From Clostridia bacterium (GTDB taxonomy: Bacteria; Bacillota; Clostridia; UMGS1883; UMGS1540), in contig JAZSDW010000053.1 in the NCBI GenBank assembly GCA_045531355.1, positions 85-64,084 on the forward strand: a DNA stretch of 64,000 nt, read 5' to 3'. The translations under genes were made by a program, and so were the position numbers. The notes beneath the pieces were generated by a model. That model did no database searches and was not told the origin of the DNA. It saw only the letters and a list, made by a program, of their open reading frames with translations. Shown here piece by piece: positions 30,108 to 40,704 of this stretch (positions are counted from its first letter, which is position 1; every line of letters begins with the position of its first letter).

Positions 30108-30788
30108 ATGGCTATGGCTATTTTTGCCATGTCGGATTTGCATCTTCCGCTGGGGATTGATAAGCCGATGGATGTATTCGGCGCCGGATGGGAGAATTAT
30201 GTAGAGCGCATTTCCGAAAATTGGAAACAAACGGTAACGGAAAATGATACCGTTTTAATTGGCGGCGATGTTTCCTGGGCCACCTATCTTGAGGAGGCGC
30301 TGGCGGACTTTCAGTTTATTGAGGCATTGCCGGGGAAAAAGGTTATCGGAAAAGGCAACCATGATTATTGGTGGACAACGGCTGCAAAGCTCCGCGCTTT
30401 CCGCGAGAAAAACGGCCTTTCCACGATTACTTTTTTACATAACGATAGCGTGCTTTGCGAAGGATATGCCATTTGCGGATGCCGTGGCTGGCGTTCTCCG
30501 TTTGAAAGTGATTTTTCCGGTGAGGACCGGAAAATCTATGAGCGGGAGATGCTCCGGTTGGAGCTTTCGCTTAAGGCAGGCGAAAAAATGAGCGAAAACA
30601 GAATTGTTATGATGCATTATCCGCCGGATGTAGGCTTTGCCGAGCTGCTCGAAGCATATGCGGTAAAGATTTGCGTATACGGGCATCTGCACGGACGCGC
30701 GGCGTGGGATAAATTTGCACAAAGCGAGCGGGACAGGCTGGTTTCAGCAGATTACCTGCAGTTTTCCCCCTTGCGGATTGTAGAATAA
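30108..30788 (+). CDS. metallophosphoesterase
   Basis: 226 aa with calcineurin-like motifs (AMSDLHL, GGDVSW, GKGNHDYW, GHLHG). Confidence 0.75.
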   Translation: MAMAIFAMSDLHLPLGIDKPMDVFGAGWENYVERISENWKQTVTENDTVLIGGDVSWATYLEEALADFQFIEALPGKKVIGKGNHDYWWTTAAKLRAFREKNGLSTITFLHNDSVLCEGYAICGCRGWRSPFESDFSGEDRKIYEREMLRLELSLKAGEKMSENRIVMMHYPPDVGFAELLEAYAVKICVYGHLHGRAAWDKFAQSERDRLVSADYLQFSPLRIVE

Positions 30789-30806
30789 ATGAGAGGAGCG
30801 GATGGT

Positions 30807-31094
30807 ATGGCAATTACCATGCAGGAAATTGAACATTTAGCGAAGCTTTCAAAGCTTTCCCTGGGCGAGGAAGAGAAGACACGCCTTGTCGGAGAAATGC
30901 AGGATATTTTGGCATTTGCGGACAAGCTTTCGGCGCTCGATACAGACGCGGCAGAGCCAACGATGTTTGCTGCGGAGGGACAAAATGTGTTTAGGGAGGA
31001 CGAAATTCGTCCATCTCTTTCTCCGGAAGTAATTCTGCAGAATGCACCCAAGGCAGATATGGGCTGCTTTGTGGTGCCGAAAACCGTGGAATAG
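30807..31094 (+). CDS. gatC: Asp/Glu-tRNA amidotransferase subunit C
   Basis: Start at MAITMQEIEHLAKLSKLSL after a GAGAGGAG RBS. Confidence 0.85.
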   Translation: MAITMQEIEHLAKLSKLSLGEEEKTRLVGEMQDILAFADKLSALDTDAAEPTMFAAEGQNVFREDEIRPSLSPEVILQNAPKADMGCFVVPKTVE

Positions 31095-31109
31095 AAAGGA
31101 CGAAGCAAT

Positions 31110-32560
<1,451 letters not shown>

Positions 32561-32564
<4 letters not shown>

Positions 32565-33994
32565 AATACGAAACCGTAATCGGACTTGAGGTGCATGCAG
32601 AGCTTGCAACAAAAACAAAAATTTACTGTAGCTGCGAAAACAGCTTTGGCGGGGATACGAACACAAGATGCTGCCCGGTTTGTATCGGGCTTCCCGGGGC
32701 GCTTCCGGTTCTCAATAAGAAGGTAGTGGAGTACGGCATTCTGGCGGGGCTGAGCATGCACTGCGACATTGCTTCCCATTGTAAGCAAGACCGCAAGAAC
32801 TATTTTTACCCCGACCTTCCGAAGGCGTACCAGATTTCCCAGTTTGATTTGCCGCTTTGCGAGCACGGCTATGTGGAGATTGACACCGAGGACGGTGTAA
32901 AAAATATCGGGATTACCCGCATCCATATCGAGGAGGACGCCGGCAAGCTTTTGCATGCCGAAGGCGCGAATTTCTCGCTTGTGGATTATAACCGCGGCGG
33001 CGTGCCGCTCATTGAGATTGTCAGCGAGCCGGACATGCGCTCGCCCGAAGAAGCCATGGCGTTTTTAGAAACGATTAAATCCACGCTGCAGGCAATCGGC
33101 GTTTCTGACTGCAAGATGCAGGAAGGCTCGCTTAGGTGCGATATCAATGTTTCTGTCCGCCCGGTCGGGCAGAAGGAATTCGGCGTGCGCAGTGAGTGCA
33201 AGAATGTTAACTCGTTCCATGCCGCTGTCCGTGCCATCCGCTTTGAGAGGGACAGACAGATTGCCATTTTGGAAAGCGGCGGCACCGTCGAGCAGGAAAC
33301 GCGGCGCTGGGATGATAGCCGTGGCGAAAGCTTTTTGATGCGCTCGAAAGAAGAATCGCACGATTACCGCTATTTCCCCGAACCGGATTTGATGCCCATT
33401 TATGTGGAAGACGCGTGGAAAGAAAGGCTTTCCAAAGTCCTTCCGGAATTGCCGCAGGAGAAAAAGAAGCGGTATGTCGAAGACCATGGCCTCCCGAAAT
33501 ACGATGCAGGGCTTATCGGCGCGTCGCTTGGCCTTTCCAGACTGTTTGAAGAAACGGTGGCGGCCGGGGCAAAGCCGAAGACTGCGGCCAATTGGTTACT
33601 CGGCGAAATCAGCAAAATCTTGAACGAAACCATGCTGGATGCAGAGGCGATTCCCTTCGATGGAGCGGCGCTGGCAGAGCTTGTCGGCATGATTGAAAGC
33701 GGCACCATTTCCGGCACGATTGCAAAGCAAGTGCTTCCGGAAATGTTCCAGTCCCAAAAACGCCCAAAAGCCATTGTCGAGGAAAAGGGACTTGCGCAAA
33801 TCAGCGATGCAGGCGCAATTTCGGCGATCATTGCCGAGGTGCTTGCCCAAAATCCTGCGGCGGTCGAGGATTTTAAGGCCGGCAAGGAAAAAGCGATTGG
33901 ATTTTTAACAGGGCAGACGATGCGTGCTTCCAAAGGAAAGGCGAACCCCGGCGTCATTCAGAAGATGCTGCGAGAAGCGCTGGAAGCGTTATAA
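32561..33994 (+). CDS. gatB: Asp/Glu-tRNA amidotransferase subunit B
   Basis: Start at [15 protein letters not shown]; the ATG overlaps the gatA stop (ATGA). Confidence 0.95.
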
Positions 33995-34003
33995 AAATCA
34001 TAA

Positions 34004-34040
34004 AGAGGGCGTGGCAAAAGATTGCCACGCCCTCTCTTTA
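34004..34040 (+). terminator. intrinsic terminator after gatB
   Basis: Hairpin AGAGGGCGTGGCAA-AAGA-TTGCCACGCCCTCT. Confidence 0.55.
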
Positions 34041-34180
34041 TGACACAAAAACGCCGCTTGCGCGGCGCCTTCGTGAGAAAAATGAAAAAGAATTGGTTTT
34101 CGGGAGCTTTGCTCCCTAGAAGAAACTATACCATAATTTTATGAAGGAAAGATAGAAAAAGAATGAATGTTCTGTGAACT

Positions 34181-35338
34181 TTACGCACCTTTTCCTCCGG
34201 CACACCAGCGGGCAAAGAGTGCGGAAAGCACACTACCAAAGGTTTTCCGTTCAGCTTTTTCGGCCGTAACAAGCGGGGCTTCGCCGAGAAGGGCTCCTTC
34301 GAGATAAAGGGAAACCTTTCCGGCCTCGGTGCCGACTTCTATCGGTGCCGTCAGTTTTTCAGCGGGCGCAACGCGCGTTTCCACCTGCGAGGCCTTTGCC
34401 TTTTCCACAAGAACCTCCAGCGGCGCACCACATACAAGCGGGATGGATTCTTTCGTTCCCTTTTCAACCGGCAGCATGCAAAGTGGGGCTGCGGTATCCT
34501 CCAGTCTTACAAGCGAATAGGTCGCAAAGCCGGCGTCAAGCAGAGCCCGTGCGCCGTCGAAACGCTCTTTTGTACTTGGTGCCCCCAAAACAACGGCGAT
34601 AAGCTGCATGCCGTCACGCACGGCCGAGGCCGAAAGACAGTAAAGTGCGTCATCAGTCGAGCCGGTCTTAAGACCATTTGCACCCGCATAGAACCGAATC
34701 AATTTATTCGTATTGGCAAGCCCAAAAGCACCGCCGCGAAGCGAATCTACCCAAATGGTTGTAAACTGGAAGATGTCCGAATGTGATAAAAGCGCGCGGC
34801 TCATCAGCGCAATGTCATAGGCACTTGTGACATGGCCCTCCTCGTCCAGCCCATTACAGTTTTTAAAGTGCGTATTTTCCATGCCAAGCTCTGCCGCGCG
34901 CTCGTTCATGCGGTTTACAAAGGCTTCTTCGGTGCCGGCGAGATGCTCCGCCATCGCTACGCAAGCATCGTTGCCGGAGGCAACGGCAATGCCCTTGAGA
35001 AGGTCGTGCACGGTCATCTCCTCGCCCGTATCCAGAAAAATCGTTGAGCCGCCCATGCGTTTGGCGTTTTCGCTTGCCACGACAACGGTATCATAGGAAA
35101 TCTGTCCGGCATCGATTGCTTCCATAATAAGGAGCATAGTCATAATTTTGGTGACCGAGGCCGGCGGGAGCGCTTCATGGATATTCTGCGAAAACAGAAC
35201 CTCTCCGGAGGACGCCTCCATTAAAATCGCGGACTTTGCGGAGATAGAAAGCGGCGGCATTTCAGCACGCGCGGGGAGTGAAATAAAAAATGGTAATAAA
35301 AAGAAAGCGAGAAGCTTTTTCAAGGAACAGGCCTCCAT
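34181..35338 (-). CDS. D-alanyl-D-alanine carboxypeptidase (serine-type, DacB/DacF-like)
   Basis: 385 aa with a signal peptide. Motifs: SxxK (ASVTKIMT), SGN (ASGND) and KTG (LKTGST). Confidence 0.8.
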   Translation of the reverse strand: MEACSLKKLLAFFLLPFFISLPARAEMPPLSISAKSAILMEASSGEVLFSQNIHEALPPASVTKIMTMLLIMEAIDAGQISYDTVVVASENAKRMGGSTIFLDTGEEMTVHDLLKGIAVASGNDACVAMAEHLAGTEEAFVNRMNERAAELGMENTHFKNCNGLDEEGHVTSAYDIALMSRALLSHSDIFQFTTIWVDSLRGGAFGLANTNKLIRFYAGANGLKTGSTDDALYCLSASAVRDGMQLIAVVLGAPSTKERFDGARALLDAGFATYSLVRLEDTAAPLCMLPVEKGTKESIPLVCGAPLEVLVEKAKASQVETRVAPAEKLTAPIEVGTEAGKVSLYLEGALLGEAPLVTAEKAERKTFGSVLSALFARWCAGGKGA

Positions 35339-35501
35339 TTCTAAAGGGATTTTGGTAGTATCCTATTCCCGGATTTTTGCAATTATGCTTAAAAATAAAG
35401 GGGATGGACGAAAAACGGAGAAAGTTAGTGAAAACAAAAGGCAATAAAAAAGGGAAGAATTCGTCCAGCGAGGATTCTTCCCTTTTTAACCGGGGGTGCT
35501 T

Positions 35502-36362
35502 TTATGCGCGCGGATGGGTTTTCTGATATACATCCATAATTTTATTTTCGAGAATTTTCGGATAGACGGCCGTCGAGGCGGGGTCAGAAACGCCGAGGAG
35601 TTCGCCGATGGTGGCAAGGTCTGCGCCATTTTCCAAAAGATGTGCCGCGAAAGAATGGCGAAGCGTGTGCGGTGTGATTTCCTTTTCAATGCCGGCCTTT
35701 TCTTTATATTTTTTAACGAGCTTCCAAAGCCCTTGTCGAGAAAGGCGGTGGCCGGTATAATTTAGGAAGAGAGCAGCTTCTGCGCCTTGTGGTAAAAGGA
35801 GCGGGCGTGCCGTCTTGATATAAGCACCGAGTGCCTCGCTGCAGGGACGACCAAAGGGCACGACGCGCGCTGCAGGACCGCGCCGGATTGTCAGAAGGCG
35901 GCGGCGCAGATTTATGCTATCAATATTCAGCGCCAAAAGGGCAGAAGCGGTGATACCGGTTGCATATAAAAGCTCTAAAATTGCACGATCGCGAAGCACC
36001 ATGACCTCGCGGCCATCCGCGGCAGAAAGAAGGCGAATCATCTCAAATCCGGAAAGCACAACGGGAAGCTTTCGGTCCATCACCGGTCGCGGCAAAGTCT
36101 GTAAGGGGTTTTGCTGAATCCGTCCACTTTCGACAAGGAAGGTATAGTACGCACAGAGAGAGGAAAGAATGCGCCGGACTGTAGCGACCGACCGGCCGCT
36201 ATTTTGCAGATGGCGAACATAAGCCGCCGCGTCTTCTTCCGTTGCCCTGGGAAGCGGACAAGAGAGGAACGCAGAAAAGAGACGGACATCCTGCAGATAA
36301 GCGCGCCGAGTTCCTTCGGATACCGGCCGCGCGGTCTCTAGATATGCGGCAAAACCTTCCAT
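35502..36362 (-). CDS. xerD: site-specific tyrosine recombinase XerD/XerC-like
   Basis: 286 aa. C-terminal catalytic region HTLRHSFAAHLLENGADL...GH..STAVY. Confidence 0.8.
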   Translation of the reverse strand: MEGFAAYLETARPVSEGTRRAYLQDVRLFSAFLSCPLPRATEEDAAAYVRHLQNSGRSVATVRRILSSLCAYYTFLVESGRIQQNPLQTLPRPVMDRKLPVVLSGFEMIRLLSAADGREVMVLRDRAILELLYATGITASALLALNIDSINLRRRLLTIRRGPAARVVPFGRPCSEALGAYIKTARPLLLPQGAEAALFLNYTGHRLSRQGLWKLVKKYKEKAGIEKEITPHTLRHSFAAHLLENGADLATIGELLGVSDPASTAVYPKILENKIMDVYQKTHPRA

Positions 36363-36374
36363 AAAAAAACTCCT

Positions 36375-36929
36375 TTATAGATGCGCCCCTAAAATGGATT
36401 TCAAGAGGGGCGCCGAGATGTAGCCTTCCACAAGACAACCGAGAAGAAGGGGGAGGGAAAGCAAAAGAACGGTCAGACTGTATTGCCAGAGCCCGCAAGA
36501 GCGAGCAGTGCCTTTTTCGAGCGAGAATCGCAAGGCATAGAGTGCCAGAATGCCGAGAAGGGGAATGTAAAAAAGATTGTGCGGAAAAATGCCGCAAACG
36601 GCGGCGAAAAAGCCACGAAGCCCAAACGAATGGACCAGAGCGCCCACGGCATAGCCGATGGAAAAACCACGCGCACCGGAAAGAAAAAGCGTGGGGAGAC
36701 CGCCGAGCACCGTTGTACCGCATACCCAAAGAAACACGGCGGCAACAGCGTGATGCCCGAGTGCCTTTAAAAAACTATCGAGGCACATCGAGGGCGAGTC
36801 CATACTATGTCGGGCGGCCACAAAGAGCGCGGAAACATCGCCGCGGCAGGCGGAGGCTGCGCCGAGACCAATGCCGACGAGGAGGGCCGCAAGAAGTGCG
36901 ATACATAAAAAACGGATTTTGGTTTGCAT
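36375..36929 (-). CDS. spoIIM: stage II sporulation protein M-like membrane protein
   Basis: 184 aa with about 5 TM segments. The FPHNLFYIP segment resembles the SpoIIM family motif, and the position next to xerD matches Bacillus synteny. Confidence 0.45.
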   Translation of the reverse strand: MQTKIRFLCIALLAALLVGIGLGAASACRGDVSALFVAARHSMDSPSMCLDSFLKALGHHAVAAVFLWVCGTTVLGGLPTLFLSGARGFSIGYAVGALVHSFGLRGFFAAVCGIFPHNLFYIPLLGILALYALRFSLEKGTARSCGLWQYSLTVLLLSLPLLLGCLVEGYISAPLLKSILGAHL

Positions 36930-36999
36930 ACAAATCCTCCTTTGTATCCAATGTATGCGCAGAGAAGGACAAGTATGCCGATTTTGGAAGCGGGACGCG

Positions 37000-37785
37000 C
37001 TATTTCTTCAGCAGAGAACTTTTCGCCGCACATTTGCGCTCGGCCTCTAAAACGGCAGCGGTAAAGCCGCAGGTTTCCAGCGCTTCCACGGCGGCAATCG
37101 TTGTTCCGCCAGGAGAGCAGACCTTATCACAAAGAACGGACGGGTGTTCGCCTGTCTCCAAAACCATTTTTGCGGCACCATACACCGTCTGGGCGGCTAA
37201 AAGAAGGGCATCCGCTTTGGAAAGACCGCCCACTACGCCGCCCTGTGCCATTGCGTTAATCAGCATATAGGCATAGGCGGGGCCGCTGCCGCTGACGGAA
37301 ACAACGGCATCCATCAGGCTTTCCGGCACATGCAGACATCGACCGAGGGACGAAAAAAGAGTTTCAACCGTTTCCGCATCCAGTGCAGTTGCCGGCGGTG
37401 CAAAAGAAATGGCAGTCATCCCGGCACCGACGAGCGCCGGTGTATTCGGCATCAGCCGCACTACACGCGCCCCCGGCAAAAGTCCGGCAACAAAGGCGAT
37501 GGTAATGCCGGCCGCGATGGAAACAACAAGCTTTCCCTTCGCAAAGGGTGCGATTGAAGGGAGCGCCTTTTCGTATATGTTTGGTTTCACTGCGATGATA
37601 ATCAGGTCTGCAAAGGAAGCAGCTTCCTCGTTTGTACCGGTTTTCACCCCTTGCGCAGCGAGGGGTTTCAGCTTTTCTTCCGAAATATCGCTGACAAAAA
37701 TATCACCCGGCGCTGTGTGGGCAGAAAGAAGACCTTTTGTGATTGCGCCCGACATGTTTCCGGCGCCGATAATTCCAATTTTCAT
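37000..37785 (-). CDS. proC: pyrroline-5-carboxylate reductase
   Basis: 261 aa. N-terminal Rossmann motif MKIGIIGAGNMSGAI. Confidence 0.9.
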   Translation of the reverse strand: MKIGIIGAGNMSGAITKGLLSAHTAPGDIFVSDISEEKLKPLAAQGVKTGTNEEAASFADLIIIAVKPNIYEKALPSIAPFAKGKLVVSIAAGITIAFVAGLLPGARVVRLMPNTPALVGAGMTAISFAPPATALDAETVETLFSSLGRCLHVPESLMDAVVSVSGSGPAYAYMLINAMAQGGVVGGLSKADALLLAAQTVYGAAKMVLETGEHPSVLCDKVCSPGGTTIAAVEALETCGFTAAVLEAERKCAAKSSLLKK

Positions 37786-37835
37786 TTTATTCTTCCTCTC
37801 CTTTAGTTCTTAAACCCCGCATAGCGGGAAAAGTG

Positions 37836-38723
37836 CTATAGAATGCGCTTGCTTTGAATCGATTTTGCATAGGCGGAGGGCGTCATTCCGGTTCGGACTT
37901 TGAAAAGCCGCGAAAAGTAATGTACGCTCGAAAAGCCGCACGCCTCTGCCACCTCACTGAAGGTGGCCCCACCTTCGCTGATCATGCGCTTTGCGGCAGA
38001 AATCTTCAGCGTGATAAAATATTGAATAATGCTGGTGCCTGTCCGGCGCCTGAAAAGCGATTTTATGTAGGTTTTACTGAAACAGAGCCGGGCACAAATA
38101 TCGTCTAATGTGACCTGGTCTGCAAGATGCTGATGCAGATAGTCGATAATAACCCCCACGATTTTGTCCTCATTCTCGTCCGCTGCGGCAAGAGAAAGCC
38201 TCTCTTCGTGCGAGATGGCGGAGTTTTTCCGCGCAAGGCCAATAAGAAGCGCTTCTATAAAAAGGCGCGTTCTCTGTGCGGCACCCAAAGGCGCATCACG
38301 CCGCTCGGTCATCCCCGGCAGGTCAACAATATCCAAAGGCTCCGAAAAGGCAAGCTTTGCCTCGTCGATAATACTTCGCAAAAGAAGCTTATCCGCATCG
38401 TCCAGCGTCAGAATTTTATTTTTAAAGAAGGACATCATAGGACTCTCTGACGAAAAAGACAAAATCAGAACATGGGCATATTTTCCGTTTGCCCAGATGT
38501 TATGGTACTCCATCGGCTTGTGAAAAATGGCTTCGCCTTGCTGGAGTGTATAGCCGGTACCGTCCGCCACAACACCGACATCGCCGCTGTCAATATAGGC
38601 CATTTCCCAAAAGTCATGTCTTTCGCCTGTAAAAATAAAATCCTTGGCGTATGCAAAATAGTGAATCGTATAAAGCTTATCAATCACGAGTGCATTTTTC
38701 GGGATGATCGGTTTAAATTCCAT
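37836..38723 (-). CDS. AraC-family transcriptional regulator (cupin sensor + HTH)
   Basis: 295 aa. The C-terminal dual HTH region reads ...LCFSKTYIKSLFRRRTGTSIIQYF... and ...GFSSVHYFSRLFKVRTGMTPSAY. It is divergent from the sugar-kinase operon. Confidence 0.8.
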   Translation of the reverse strand: MEFKPIIPKNALVIDKLYTIHYFAYAKDFIFTGERHDFWEMAYIDSGDVGVVADGTGYTLQQGEAIFHKPMEYHNIWANGKYAHVLILSFSSESPMMSFFKNKILTLDDADKLLLRSIIDEAKLAFSEPLDIVDLPGMTERRDAPLGAAQRTRLFIEALLIGLARKNSAISHEERLSLAAADENEDKIVGVIIDYLHQHLADQVTLDDICARLCFSKTYIKSLFRRRTGTSIIQYFITLKISAAKRMISEGGATFSEVAEACGFSSVHYFSRLFKVRTGMTPSAYAKSIQSKRIL

Positions 38724-38843
38724 TGACCTCTGTCCTTTTGTGCAAAAATTAAATCCTTCTCTCTAAAGATTTTTTTGAGAAACCCTAGTATACTTACAGT
38801 ATAGCACACTTTCAAAAGAATTACAAGGGGGCTAATTGTAAAA

Positions 38844-39962
38844 ATGAGTACAGAAATTCGCGTTTCCACACCCAGCCGTTTGTGCCTTTTCGGGGAACAC
38901 CTCGATTATCTGGGCCTTGAGGTAATTGCTGTTGCGATTAACCTTCGTTTTTCTGCAAAAATTGCGCTCCGGGAGGACAAAAAGATTCAGATTCGGATCC
39001 GGGATGCTTCCATTGACACTTTGAATGCAGAAAACCGGGCGGGGCTTTACACAAAGTATACCATTGACCTTACAAATCCGATTGTCTATGAGAATAAGCG
39101 TGACTACTTAAAGAGCACGGTAAATGTCCTTCTTCGTGCGGGCTATCCGCTCGCTGGCGCAGATGTGCAGCTGGATTCAGAAATCCCGATTGGTAAGGGT
39201 ATGTGTTCTTCTTCTACAATGATTGTTGTTTTCACAAAGGCGCTCCTGGCTTCAATTGGCCATCCGGACGCGGAAGATCCGGAAAAAATTGCGCATCTGG
39301 CTTTTGATGCTGAGGTAACCGAGTTTGGGGAGCCGGGCGGCATGATGGATCATTACGCTTCGGCATTGGGCGGCCTTGTGAATCTGTCCTTCCCGGACGG
39401 GAAGTCGGAAGTCTACCGCCTTGACGGCAAGCTGGGCGGCCGGTTTATTTTGTTTGATTCCTTGCAGCAGAAGGATACCACGCGCGTTTTGGGCAATGCG
39501 AAAGCGCCGGCGCTCGAAGCAATTGCCATGCTTTCGGAATATGGAATCCGGAGCGTGCGCGATTTTGTGGATGATGCAAAGCTTCCGCTTTTGGAAAAGC
39601 TGGATGAAACACATCGGCGTGTGCTTTCTGCGGCCGTAGATAACTACAGGATTCTTTTGGAGGCGAAAAAACTTCTTTCGGCAGATGCGATTGATGACGA
39701 AGCGATTGGCAAGCTCATTTCCCGCCATCATGCGAACCTGCGAGACGGCCTTAATATTTCCACGCCTCGCATCGAATCGATTTTGGATGCGGCGATGGCA
39801 AACGGCGCTTTGGGCGGAAAGATTAACGGCTCCGGCGGCGGTGGATGCGGTTATATTTATGCAAAAGAGGAAGATTGCGAGGCTATTATGAAGGCCATCG
39901 AGGGACTGGGGTATCCGACGAAGATGCTGATGCAGGATACCGGTGTGAGAGAGGAGAAATAA
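38844..39962 (+). CDS. GHMP-family anomeric sugar kinase (galactokinase-like)
   Basis: 372 aa. N-terminal galactokinase-type signature SRLCLFGEHLDYLGLEV, GHMP motif PIGKGMCSSSTMIV, and a C-terminal glycine-rich GSGGGGCG. Confidence 0.7.
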   Translation: MSTEIRVSTPSRLCLFGEHLDYLGLEVIAVAINLRFSAKIALREDKKIQIRIRDASIDTLNAENRAGLYTKYTIDLTNPIVYENKRDYLKSTVNVLLRAGYPLAGADVQLDSEIPIGKGMCSSSTMIVVFTKALLASIGHPDAEDPEKIAHLAFDAEVTEFGEPGGMMDHYASALGGLVNLSFPDGKSEVYRLDGKLGGRFILFDSLQQKDTTRVLGNAKAPALEAIAMLSEYGIRSVRDFVDDAKLPLLEKLDETHRRVLSAAVDNYRILLEAKKLLSADAIDDEAIGKLISRHHANLRDGLNISTPRIESILDAAMANGALGGKINGSGGGGCGYIYAKEEDCEAIMKAIEGLGYPTKMLMQDTGVREEK

Positions 39963-39963
39963 C

Positions 39964-40704
39964 ATGAAAGCGATCGTATTAGCAGCAGGAAAGGGAACAC
40001 GCCTGCAGTCTGAAAAATTCAATTTGCCTAAAGTTTTGCGCGAGCTTTGCGGCAAGCCTTTAATCCGCTATGTTCTGGATAATGTATCTTTTATTAAGCC
40101 GGAGGATACGGCCATTGTCGTTGGTTATATGCACGAGAAGGTGGAAGCGGAAATCGGCGGTGCCTATCCGTATGCCCTGCAGACCGAGCAGAAAGGCACG
40201 GGCCACGCGGTTATGGCGGCCGAGAAATACTTTGAAGGGTATGACGGCGATGTCATCATTTTGTTTGGGGACATGCCGATGTTTACGCGTGCCATCTACG
40301 AAGACACAATTCAGAAGCACAAAGAAAGCGGCGCAGACCTCACGATTCTGACGGCGATTTGCGAAGCTCCGCTGCCGTACGGCAGGATTATCCGCGATGC
40401 CGAGGGCAAGGTTTCCGACATTGTGGAACAGAAGGATGCAACCGAGGAGCAAAAGGCAATCCGCGAACTGAATGTGGGCATTTTTGTAGCAAAGAGCCGC
40501 GTTCTGTTTGAAGCATTACATAAAATTAACAATCAGAATGCGCAGGGCGAATATTATTTAACGGATGTTCCGAAAATTTTAATCCGCGAAGGCAAAAAGG
40601 TAGACACGCATACGATTCGGGACGATGTGGCCATTGTCGGCGTTAACACAATGGAAGATTTGGAATTTTGTGAAAAGCATACGAAGGAGAGAATGGGGAA
40701 ATGA
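39964..40704 (+). CDS. sugar-1-phosphate nucleotidyltransferase
   Basis: 246 aa. N-terminal MKAIVLAAGKGTRL NTP-transferase signature. It abuts the kinase stop. Confidence 0.7.
   Translation: MKAIVLAAGKGTRLQSEKFNLPKVLRELCGKPLIRYVLDNVSFIKPEDTAIVVGYMHEKVEAEIGGAYPYALQTEQKGTGHAVMAAEKYFEGYDGDVIILFGDMPMFTRAIYEDTIQKHKESGADLTILTAICEAPLPYGRIIRDAEGKVSDIVEQKDATEEQKAIRELNVGIFVAKSRVLFEALHKINNQNAQGEYYLTDVPKILIREGKKVDTHTIRDDVAIVGVNTMEDLEFCEKHTKERMGK

Noticed and set aside
35502-36362. Tyrosine recombinase as a marker of an integrated mobile element
   Set aside because: There is no phage, IS or conjugation gene anywhere in the window, and no flanking direct repeats were noticed. It sits next to a spoIIM-like gene and proC in a Bacillus-like arrangement, so it is most likely chromosomal XerD.
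36199-37270. Arg-rich 176- and 242-aa ORFs overlapping spoIIM-like and proC
   Set aside because: Highly basic low-complexity translations (RRRRW..., KHRRGRRRLRRD) are characteristic of out-of-frame reading of GC-rich coding DNA. The opposite-strand genes are conserved.
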